Source: Diadema antillarum
Lineage: Eukaryota
Length of the DNA stretch: 64,000 nucleotides
Direction of reading: 5' to 3'
Assembly: GCF_040938485.1 (NCBI RefSeq)
Contig: NW_027271635.1
Location: 1,798,001 to 1,862,000 of the forward strand
Of the stretch, positions 1-11,900 are shown in pieces. The notes under the pieces are model-generated. The model did no database searches. It saw only the letters and a list, made by a program, of their open reading frames with translations, and was not told the DNA's origin. Every line of letters starts with the position of its first letter. Within the stretch, counting starts at the first letter, position 1. Both the position numbers and the translations under genes were made by a program.

Positions 1-780
1 CAGACAATGAGCAGGGGTGTCCCTTTTTGTGCTAACTTATTGGGATATGAATTTCAATTGAATATAATTCATCTTCTTCTTCCATACAACAAAGTAAATT
101 GTACGAAATGTTTAGGTTTTATGTTTTTACATTCCGGTAGCAAACAAATTAAAATGAATTATTTTTTTAAATGGTTTATCACCATTGCGGCATAGTTTAT
201 ACCAGAATTGATAAATGTAAGGCATATACATAAACATGTGTCCCATTTATTAGACTGGTTATGTTGTGAGTGAAAATCCTGACAACCTAAAAGCTTGCGT
301 GGGTTGTCTGAGGCTTGCGAGACAAAGCAACAAGTATTGAATGCAAATTGCATTCCTAGTATTTTTTAAATCCACTGAACATGATTTCGCAGGTATAGAC
401 GAAATGATTTATTACCAGCTTCTTCAAAAGGGAAAATATAACCATAACTTGATGACAATAGTTAATTGGCCTATTCTGGCGTGTTATACCGCGGGATCTG
501 CGACCGACCGTCTCATTCAACGAGAAGCTTGTTGAGACTAAAGAAGCCATGTAAAGCGTGTACTTCCTTTTTTCATTTGCCTGCCCTGCGACCAAATCAT
601 GTGAATGAATTCCCTGGCAGCTCAGTGTCGTCATAGCTTGAAATAGTTATGTATTTGTATGTAAATTATGGACCCTGAATGGCGGAGCGTTGTTTGAGCA
701 TACACAAGGACAATGCAATGTATATTTGTAATCCTGTATGTCAAAAAATTAATAAACGATTGTAATTATTCACTATGTCA
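1..780 (+). mobile_element. Possible highly decayed LINE ORF2 C-terminus and 3' UTR
   Basis: Fragmentary resemblance (KVNCTKCLGFMF ~ V...K.LG; NEFP ~ WN.LP) with many stops, ending near AATAAA; weak. Confidence 0.25.
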
Positions 781-1088
781 ATTTATGTATGATATATGAA
801 CATTCGTCTGATTGTCCATTTTCAGGATATCATCAATCATGATTATGATTTTCTGTGTCGGTTTTTTTCTATAGCTGTAAATATGCAAACCTCATAAGAT
901 TGTTTTAAATAGTGCTTTCTATTATTAGTCCTCTTACAAGAACTGTTGTGTTGAAACAGAGCTACTACAAGGATTTGCGTGTATGGAAAATGTTATGTTT
1001 CCATCCTTGTCATTGAAAAAAAAAAATGTGAAGTAGCACTTACATGTGTAACATTCTTCCAACCCCTTGTGATACATTCTTTATCCCT

Positions 1089-1122
<34 letters not shown>

Positions 1123-1602
1123 CTCTTACCAGTTGATATTCTTTCCTTCAAGTAAACGCTTTGATGTCTTGAATACAAAGAGGCTAGTTATGGGTAGTAG
1201 GTATGTGTGCTTGTCAATTGTTCATAACACAGTATTTATGATTTGCAGAAATTATTTTAGCAAACTTGAGAAAGTTATAATAAGAGCGATGATGATGATG
1301 GTGATGATGATGATGATGATGAGAATTATCAGACTGATGATAACAATGATGGCGATAATAACATAAAACAGATTAATGATGGCAATAAACACGAAGTCGT
1401 TACTTTTTATAACGTCATATTATCTTCAACTTACAAAGTACAAACATACATATTCATAACATTTAAGAACAATACAGGCACGATGACAGGTATGGGTCTT
1501 CTGGACGCAGCAAATTCCTGACTCAGGCACTGGTCTATTTAATGTAAATTAACGGTATGTACGGCAAGGCGCCCTCTCTTGGCTTTCTAGCTCTTCCATT
1601 CC

Positions 1603-1648
<46 letters not shown>

Positions 1649-2039
1649 CTCGCTCTCTCTCTAGACCACCAGACTTTTTTTTTTTAGTATACATTGTATT
1701 CATGCAATAAGATGATGGAAAAAGGAAAGCTTTTATACACTCTTTATAATGTTTGACTGCCAATCACTGATGAAAGTTAGATCCTAATTGTTACCCTTTC
1801 GAACGCAATATGCCGAATGTCAAAAAGAAAAGAAAAGAAAAAAAGAACAGGGGAAGGGGAGGAGATGACGTTCCATATTATTCTCTCCCTATCACTGAAT
1901 TTACAGATGCAAGAAAAATGTCCCTATTATTTTGAATTAAACAAAAACAAATCTTCGGATATACAGAATTGTCTGTATCTATGAGGCAATGATCAAAAGA
2001 TGAAAAATGTGTGGAATTGCTCGTATCGACTGATTAGTA

Positions 2040-2100
<61 letters not shown>
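2040..2100. repeat. (TG)n microsatellite
   Basis: Direct reading; (CT)n also at ~1606-1660 and (GAT)n at ~1288-1325. Confidence 0.95.
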
Positions 2101-2106
<6 letters not shown>

Positions 2107-2855
2107 CAAAGCTGCATAAGGATGTACGATTTCATTGGGATCATGATGGCAGAAACGCTGTCCACAACACAGATAAACTACCAGTCATTCATTCAGTGGG
2201 TAATGTTTGTTGTTCCGAAAATTTGTTGATCCAAAAATGAAATCATCTTCGTTATTCCGAAGGTTCATTATTCCGAAACACACAAAATCTCTGTAACTAT
2301 AAGACGTTCGGTAATCCGAAAGTGTATTAAGGTTCGCTTATCCTAATATTGCGTCTTTTGTTCAAAAATGAAATAAGGCTTGTTAATACGAGAACGATAA
2401 AAGATGAATTATGCGTAGAAAATAAAGAATTCATCGCTAATAGGTTCCATAACCCTTTTTTTCTGCCTTTTAATGAAATTCTGTGTGGGCGTGTGTAACG
2501 AAGCCTACCTACTGATGTTTGGTTTATCCGACAACAGTTGAATAATGGCGCTTTTGATCTGACAACTTGACGATTGATCGACGTAACAGCCTCGGCAAGG
2601 CAACAAAGACGGAATTCAAGTGCGAGTATTGTATTCAACATCCGGGATCGGAATAACTCCCCCAGTAGCTGACGCGTATGGTCTTATAATAGTCAGTTTG
2701 ATATACCGCACCTCGTAACTGCTTAGAATAGCATAAGCGTCTTTCATCTACAGTTTATGCAATCTGTGTTCCTTGTCCATTTTATCGTGCAATTTTTCAG
2801 ACGAGAAATAGAAGGTGCTGAGGACAACGAAGGATAGGGTTAACTACTTGCCACC

Positions 2856-2934
2856 ATGGCTTCTTCAAATCTTATGACAAATTTTGAGACTGTCATGGTC
2901 AGTTTTCTCCTCATCACGTTATCATCATTTTCAG
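2856..2934 (+). CDS. Gene S exon: signal peptide MASSNLMTNFETVMVSFLLITLSSFS
   Basis: ATG in ccaccATGg context, 26 codons + 1 nt (phase 1) ending at the N-gap. Upstream acceptor ttttcag at 2800 implies a 5'UTR intron. Confidence 0.7.
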
Positions 2935-5900
2935 NNNNNNNNNNNNNNNNNNNNNNNNNNNNNNNNNNNNNNNNNNNNNNNNNNNNNNNNNNNNNNNNNN
3001 NNNNNNNNNNNNNNNNNNNNNNNNNNNNNNNNNNNNNNNNNNNNNNNNNNNNNNNNNNNNNNNNNNNAATATAGGTGAAAGTATTCTTTTTAATGAAGAC
3101 CTCAATCTTATCAGGTAACTTTCGCTCGAGATAAAGTTTAGCCTTTACCGGGCACGTTCCCATCTTTTATTTGAGGGTGATCACTAATAAGAATTAGATT
3201 TAATAATCGCTTTAATGCCACATCAAACAAATTCTGTTTCTCACTTATTTCAATCCTCTTTGAAAATCTGACTTTACCTCTCACATATCTACCGATATAT
3301 TCATTCATACAATGCAAATCTTGCGTGAAAATGTATACACAAGAGTCATATAATGAAGCATAATATTATGCAGCTATTTATTTTAATGTTCCTTGCAAGT
3401 AACTGGATGCACGCTTCCTGAGGACCTTGACAGTGATTTGATCGTTAGTGACGTAAAGGAGGAGTACGAGTCAGGCAGCACCATCTACATTTCATGTCCG
3501 CCAGCTCCTTACATCAGCTCAGTTGGTACGACCGTTGCATTCTGTACGGACTTTGGATGGGTGCCATCGATCGATATCGACTGTTATGGTAAGACAACAA
3601 TGACAGATTGGAATTACTGGAAGTGATATTACCAGACATCTGCAGAGCTAATAACATGTTGTCATAAATCTATTCTCCTCATATTTATTCCTACAGCTCC
3701 CCCCCCCCCACACATACACACACACTTGTACGATTTTTTTAAAATGAAATTTGTTGATACAGTTTTGAATTGATTCTGATGCTCACGTTTTACCCGGCTT
3801 CTGGACCAGCTTCTCCGAGAGTGTTTAAAAAAATGTATTTAAGAATAATTATAACAACGTCAGCTGCGCCACAAGAAGAAATCAAATTCTTAAATGTTGC
3901 AAGACATTGAAATCTGGACAAGAGGTAGCTAGCATGTGAACGTTTATAATATTTGGAATCATCATTATTTTAGGGATTTTTGGACTGTGCACATAATAAG
4001 GGTACTCGAGGAAACATAGTCTAGACCAAAAAGGTACTTTATTCAGTAGACATCAGTTCTTAACTTTCCCTAACGCAAGGTAAATCTGGGTCTCATTGCT
4101 GCTTTTAAGGTGTTGTTTGTAGATAAATTACGATAATACCATTCACAGTCAATATCACAATCACTCTTTAAAAGAAAAAAAAATGTTTAGCTAAGGTTTA
4201 AACGCCCCCCCCCCCTTGACTTCATCTCTATCAGCTCCTTGCAACCGATCAGAGGTGGCGGGTTTATCATCGTACTCCTTGCAGTCTAGAGAGGATTCCA
4301 GTACTATCGCTACCGATCCCCAATTTGCACAAGGAGACGTTCTCAGCTACACCTGTGTAAGTAGCTATGAGTCAGCTTCAGAAACCATGGAATGTGACGA
4401 CGGTACATGGATTTCGTCACCCCCGTGTTTAGGTGAGAAATAATGGTTACTTTTGAGTTTGACCGCAAATATAATACATAGAACTATTTATAAACACACA
4501 AATGAAAAAAAGGGTACGTATTATGCATACTTCGTCCCAGACACATCGAATTGACGTACGAAACGAAACATGACAACATGACTCGAATTTACTAAAATTA
4601 TGGATACACCTCAAAGGAAAGTACACTGATAGCTTCATGTGTGTCAAATAGAGCCTACTTAAGCCTGCAGGCTAGTTTACAGGGTGACAGGGTAACCACC
4701 CCCTCCCCCCCCCCCCCCCGAAAAAAAAGGAAACAGAGAAAATAAGCAGACGCTTCCTGCGAAACTCGGCAAAATTGACCTCTAATATTTCGTCATGTAC
4801 GTCATGTCCCAAAATGTGACTTCATGAGGAGTGGAAACCAATGGACGTGGATGGATATTAACACGTCATCAGCGATCTGTACGAAAGCTCGTGATGAGAG
4901 TATTCATCGATAGTGGAGCACAGAATAGTTTGCAGGAAAGACGTCTGTTATTCCTACACTGCATTCGTGCAAAAAAAAAAAAAAAAAAAATGTGCAGAAA
5001 ATTTCTCATGCAGTAAATGCCATGAATCTCTATCTATTATGTTATATTTGCAGAAAAGATTACAAAATCTGAAAATCTAATTGAAAGGAAAACTTTGCTG
5101 TTATCCAATGATTCTGTCTATATTTTGTTTTTAGTGATACTCTGGACACTGTCTTCCGAACTATATCATATAAATTTACTTCTCCAGTTCTCTTAAATTA
5201 CGTGAGTCTTGATCTAATATCGATCACAAGCAATAAGTCTATTTACATATCCTATAATAAATTATTACATATTGTGTGTCACTCACATCCAGGTAGTCAT
5301 ATACATGTAATATACAATTAATCTACGAGTATTCATTGTATTTATCATATCTACGTGTACATAATTTCTTTTATGTTTATGTGCACTTACATAATTTATA
5401 TGCGATAACAATTATATTCAGCGTTATTCTCTCGCCCCCCCCCCCCTTCCCCGATTATGTGATTGCAGCACCATGCCCCATTTCTGAACTGGGCCCACGC
5501 CTCTCGCACAGCGTGGTTACGGGTGAGTTGATCGATGATCAGTATAGACATGGGTCGGTTGTTTCATTTACCTGCTCCAGTGGAACTCTTGTTGGAGACT
5601 CATCTGCAGAATGTGTAGACGGTTCTTGGAGTCCCAGTCAACCCACTTGTTCAGGTGAGAACTGAATCGAGTTTTGCTTCACTTCAATACAGTTCAGAAC
5701 CTAGATTAGAGAGAGAGAGGGGGGGGGGGGACGTCTTCTTGAAGAACTATGTGAATGTGTGGATGGCTCATGGGCCCAAACAACCCAGTTGCCTACAATG
5801 AGGACTGTTTTGAATATCGCCTAATCTGCGCGATGCGATTCGGAAGTGAAATGAAGCAAAGAAGGAAAATAAAAAAAGAAAGGAAATGAGAAAGAGAAAC

Positions 5901-8900
5901 AAATTCTATATAAATCTTCGTAACAAAAAAAAAAAAATGTTTAGTGAATACTTCGGTTTATTCACAAGGTTTTAAGTTAAGGGTTTTCGGCGCAGCGTTT
6001 TACATACATTGGTCTGATTGACTGGTGTAATATTAACAAAAGTAAACGACGGGAAACAACTATATCCTTTGCCGTATAAATTGTGTGTCTTCGTTGAGCT
6101 CTTTCTGTGTTTTATCTATTGGTTGTAAATCATAGAGTTTCCCTATTGCCATCATGTATGCCCTATCACTCATTGAATATAGGGTCGTATAGAAGACTAG
6201 TTTCCACTGTTTTTTTTTTTTTTTTGTTCAATGAAACTTGTTTTTCGAAATATCGAAAGTGTAAGAAAAGATAAGCGGGTTGATGTCGACATGAAAATAT
6301 TGATCGTAATTTGTCAAGAGTTTTCGTTATGGATCAAGTTAGAAGAAAGTCTTCTGTATTATCACAAACGCACATAAAAGGAACTATGCAACGACTATTT
6401 ATACTTTATTATATTTTCAGTACCTTATTTGACGGTCTCCATAGTCAAGCGACTTGCATCACTATGCTGATGATCTGTGAAGCATCAGTCAATCTGATTT
6501 ACATCAATATCTTTGAAATACATAAAGATGGCATTCAAGATATGGGCGTAGACTCAGGGTGTGGGGAGGGTAATAGCGGCTCCGTATAATACCCAGGTAG
6601 TCGGGTAATCGTTTGTGAATGAATTAATGATGTGTATTGTTACTTTCTGTACATCATTCTGAAACGTGTGTTTTATATATGTGTATCTATGTACATTTTA
6701 TGCCACTTGAATCACAAAATGTTTCCATTTTATGGACGATAAATAAATGAAATGAAATGAAATGAAATGAAATGAAATGAAATGAAATGAAATGAAATTC
6801 AAATTAAGAGGTGTGCTACATTTAAAGGAATAATAATTACAATAACTAAGATAACAGTCTTAGAAATAGTGGTAACATAATAATGGACATCATTTTCTTG
6901 CCCAAAAACTGTGGAAATGGCCAAAATTGTATCAGTTTGCTCACTTATGAAGATTTTTCACAAAGCTTTCCAGACACAGGAAAACGTATCTGTTCGCAGC
7001 ATGCCTTTAGTCTGATCTAGCCTTTGTCAGTCCCCTTTTGAAACTAAGGAGTGTTATGACGCCACTAAGTTGTTTACCCTTGCTTGTTGAGGTGAATGTT
7101 AGATTGGTTCTGCTAATTGGGAGTAAGTTAAGGGCAAAACTCCCTTCTAAGCTATAAATGGAACGAAACAGTTCAGCTCATCATAAGACATTTTGACTGA
7201 AGATTATTTTATTTACATTATTTTCTCTCTTAATCCCTTGTACGCTATTTTGCTGTATCATCCAATAAGACTTAGGATGTCAAAGGCCCAACAGCTTAGA
7301 TGGAAACATCCAGTTGACCCCAGACTTGACGACCTACCCGGCAGGATCATTCATCCAAGTGGCCTGCATGGATGGGTCCACGATGACAGCGGGTGCCACT
7401 TTCACTCTGTGTCAATCCAACTCCTTCTCATTTGCCCTGACCGACGTCGTTTGCAGCTGTAAGATTATTTATTTCTTGTCGCTATCATATTGAACAAGTT
7501 CAATGTAATTGTGAACATAGTTGCACTGATTTTTTACTCTGAAACCTTTGAAATTGTTTAAAAATTATAGTTAACTAATTATTTGATACACTGATACACT
7601 TGAAAATACATGAAACAAATACTTGGTAAAAGCAAAAGGAACCCCTCCAGTAAGATTGCATTCAAATGGGTCTCATTCATGTTTGGTATCAATTTACCAC
7701 ATCAGAAACCAAATACAAACCAATCATCGAGAAGTGGGACAATTTTTCTTGTGACAATCATTTGTTCCCCTCTGTAGATTCACAACGCTCGATGGGTTGT
7801 ATTGGTTGTATTCAAACATGGCGCGACGGACATTACGAATTATTACCTATATGAGGTAGTTTTGCGGGGCAATTATTGTAGTTGGTATTTTGATCGGTCG
7901 TCGAGGTCAGCGGGCAATATTAGCGCGTATCACCCTTCATCCGGGTCTCGCCATTCACTTTACATGTAAATATTCCGGTCAATCACAAAGAGGAGACGTT
8001 CACAAATCTGGGACACACGCACCGCAGAAGAACGCCAATAAATCAACTCATGCAAGGTCGACTACTTCCAGCAGCACTACGTGCCAAACAATGACGAGTC
8101 CATTTGTGCTTAATATATGCACAGTGACCATCACTTATTACAAGTCTCCAAATTGAAGCAGAAGCAAAAACAAAGTGTAAATACGTTCAGATGTTTGAAG
8201 TTCGCCTGTTACAACCACGATTATGTATTTTGGAAGTTGGAGTTGAATGATATACATTGATGAACAATTTTACAATTATTCGACATGTTGGTGATCATCA
8301 ACACGTAAGTCAAATATGGCTTGATCTATATCATAGTGTATATCCGTATTCACATATTTTCCTAATTTACCTAGGGGATAGGTAACAAATATGATATTGA
8401 CTGTCCTTGAGGGAGATACCAGAAAACATTGCCCGCACTGAAAGAATATAAATTATTACCAATATGAAGTAGTTTTGCGGGGCAATTGTAGTTGGTATTT
8501 TGATTGTTCGTCGAGGTCAGCGGGTGATATTATAGTGCGTATCATCCTTTATCCGCGTCTCGCCATTCACGTTACATGTAAATATTCCGGTCAATCACAA
8601 AGAGGAGACGTTCACAAATCTGGGACACACGCACCGCAGAAGAACGCCAATAAATCAACACATACAACGTCGACTTCTTCCAGCAGCACTACGCGCCAAA
8701 CAATGACGAGTCTATTTGTGTTCAATAACTGCACAGTGAGACCATCACTTATTACAAGTCTCCAAATTGAAACAGATGCAAAAACAAAGTGTAAATACGT
8801 TCAGATGTTTGAAGTTCGCCTGTTACAACTACGATTTTGTATCTTGGAAGTTGGAGTTGAATGATGTACATTGATGAACAATTTTACAATTATTCGACTT

Positions 8901-11900
8901 GTTGGTGATGATCTACAGGTAGTCAAATGTGGCTTGATCTGTATCATAGTGTATAGCCGTATTCACATATTTTCCTAATTTACCTAGGGGATAGGTAATA
9001 ATTATGATATTGACTGGCCTTAAGGAAGATACCAGAGAATATTGCCCGCACTGAAGAAATATTACCCTCGTCTTCAACACAAGCAATATTCTTTCAGTTT
9101 GGGCATTATTTTCTGGTCCCTCCTTCAAGGCCAGTCAATATTATATAAGTATCCTACAGAATATGCGGGTTCCCGTCCATTCAATTGAATATCTGCCCTC
9201 TTTTTTATTACTAGTGGACTGCGCGGATCCAGCGGCGAATCAGGAGTCCTTGATGAAGACTGGGGAAGCCTACCAGCACGGAGAAACTGCAACTTATAGT
9301 TGCGCGGATAATTACAACACATTACATGGTTCTGCAACTACGACATGTAACAACGGTGAATGGTTTCCACTTCCAAGCGAGACCTCATGCCGTGGTAAGT
9401 AACTATTTTCACCTTTCTACAAATGTGTAGGCACAATGGTTGAGATTTTAACTGCATACGCCACGTGTACAAGCATGACAAGTGACTGTGGTTCTGAACC
9501 CTGTTGTTTCCTTACGACCGCGTGCAAGAAGTATTACCTGTCACTCATTGCTACTTCAGGGAGTTTCTTTTCGGAGTTTACTTCTTTCTAAAGACAATGT
9601 GTTTCAAATGTCCTAAACTAAAATAGAAAAGTATTTGGATTCTGTTACAAGTCTTCCAAAGGTCACTATAAAGAGCAAAAGGGGCAATATTGCAATACCC
9701 TATTAAGCCCTTGCTTGATGAATTATAAGATAATAATGGAAACCCATTTTCTTTGCTCTTTTTTTTTTCACTAAGAATTATAAAATAATTAAATATTACG
9801 TGGAAATCTACCCGAATGTTCCGATGTAACATCACTGAATCTAAAGACGAAAACGTTCTTTAACGATATGCCTCCAGTGTTAAATTTTTCATTGTCGGAT
9901 AGACGAAAATTCGGAATGACGATCATCGACCATATACGATAATAATCAGGTTCTTTGAAACTTAATAGAAAAATCCAACGCTTCTTGACTTTCATGTATT
10001 TCGTTGGGGGTTTTTTTATACATAACTATAACAATCTACGCTGCGTTCGGACTTTTGTTTACAGTATGCAGGTGGCAGCAAGCAGAAATATTTAGTTTGC
10101 AGGTCTGTTCTTGTACTGTTTTAGGCATGAGCCACAGATTTATGTCTCTGTATACAGTGTGTACCAGGTAGTGTATTCATCACATGATTAATTAAATAAC
10201 GTCACAGACATTCATTATTATCATTCCAGCACGTGGGAGGCCTTGGTATTGACAATATTGCTCTTGGATAATGGGACATTGGTCGTGCAATTATAGGCCA
10301 TTACAGTGCATATGTGCGAGTTCATGCATTTTACTACCCATGAAAATAATTGTCATGAATGTTTCTGTTTATTGTAACACAAGATTTTCTAAGTGGAAAA
10401 TTAAGCAAGGAAATGGGATTCCGGATGAAGGCCCTATGCTTTACCGACTGAGCTATAGAAAGCCCTTGTTCAGTGATCATCCCAGAAACCATAAATTCTC
10501 AATGCTTGAATGGTCAGAAGATAAATGGCAGTGTGATTGTGTGTGTTTCTGGGACGAACACTAAATTAGGGCATTCTATAGCTCAGTCGGTAGAGCACCG
10601 GGCTAGCATCCTGAGGTCTCGGGTTCGAATCCCTAAGGAATCTCATTTTCTTTGCTCAAATTTCCACTAACAAGATTTACTTGTTACAATATAAGGAACT
10701 ATTCAGTCATGAGTGGCAAATAATAGACATATTGACATCATGTACTTATTCTTTAATATGATATAATAGCGTGTTTAAACGAATACTATTAAAGGCTGAC
10801 CATATTATCTTTATCAAATTTATGTCTCACAGCGCCATGTGAAGCGCCCTCTGCAGCCAACCCAAGAGGCTTGTACGAACATGGAGTAAGCCAAACATTC
10901 TCCTGCGATACGTCACCTACTATCAGGAGTACCTTGACCTGTAACGATGGCAAGTGGGAAGGGACAGAGCTAGTATGTTCAGGTACGACTTATCTTGCAG
11001 CACGTCCTTCTACAATCAGTCATCTCCGCCTATCTATAAAATCATCCCACCGAACTTAACAGTCTCATTCACATCCAGAGATATGTTGTTTCCTATAGGT
11101 CCTAGTGTTGTCATGCACCATGTTAACTCGCAGGTTTCCAAATTGTTCTTCTTCAAGATATTATTTGTCTCAAAACTTCATAAATAGCAACATTTCATCT
11201 AACACATGATTTCCCAAAATCTATTAAATATGATATTCATGGTGACAGCTTTCAAGGAATATCATCCTTCTTGCCTATTTCCCTCCTATTTCTCTTTTAC
11301 ACCCAGTTCAACGAATCGATACCTTAATAAGTTAAACTCTCAGTTCATTTGACCATGAAAATAATCTAAGTGATAGGAAAAAGGACGTTCTTTTCAAGAG
11401 CATTCGTTTGTTACAATTAAATTGTTGCGACGAGAGTTCAAAGTTCCCTATATCATCGTTTCATTCCTGTGCATTTGCAGTGTTGTCGATTTACTTGCAA
11501 ATCTTTCCATGAGAAATATATATAACAGGACATGGAATCATGTCCTCCACATAATAACAGACAGTTTAAAAGAACACATAAATCATTGAATCAATTAATT
11601 GAAAATGATATGTATATGTATGTATGATAGATAGATAGATAGATAGATACATATATATCTTTCTAGGGCAAGGAATGGAATATCTAGGAGCGTGTGTAAG
11701 ATGAATGTACCTGGAGGTATTGCTCTTTTTTAATCACTCTCAAGTTATCTTTATTCCATGTCAAATTCAAAAAAGGATGTTTCAGGCCCACAATTCTGGA
11801 TGCTAACATCCAGCTGATCCCAGACTTGACGACTTATCCCAAAGGATTACTTATCAAGGAGGCAAATAAGGGTGGTGCCACAGTGAGCGCGGATGCAGTT

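Noticed and set aside
2200-2660. Cluster of ttccgaa / ttcggaat motifs (also ~9810-9930)
   Set aside because: Probably a decayed repeat family, but termini and TSD could not be defined.
7193-7462. ORF-track peptides such as MSKAQQLRWKHP... (also 38012-38227)
   Set aside because: Wrong frame; the sushi-encoding frame of the same exons is the conserved one.
10572-10643. Functional tRNA-Ala gene
   Set aside because: Acceptor, anticodon and T stems have mismatches; treated as a SINE head or pseudogene.
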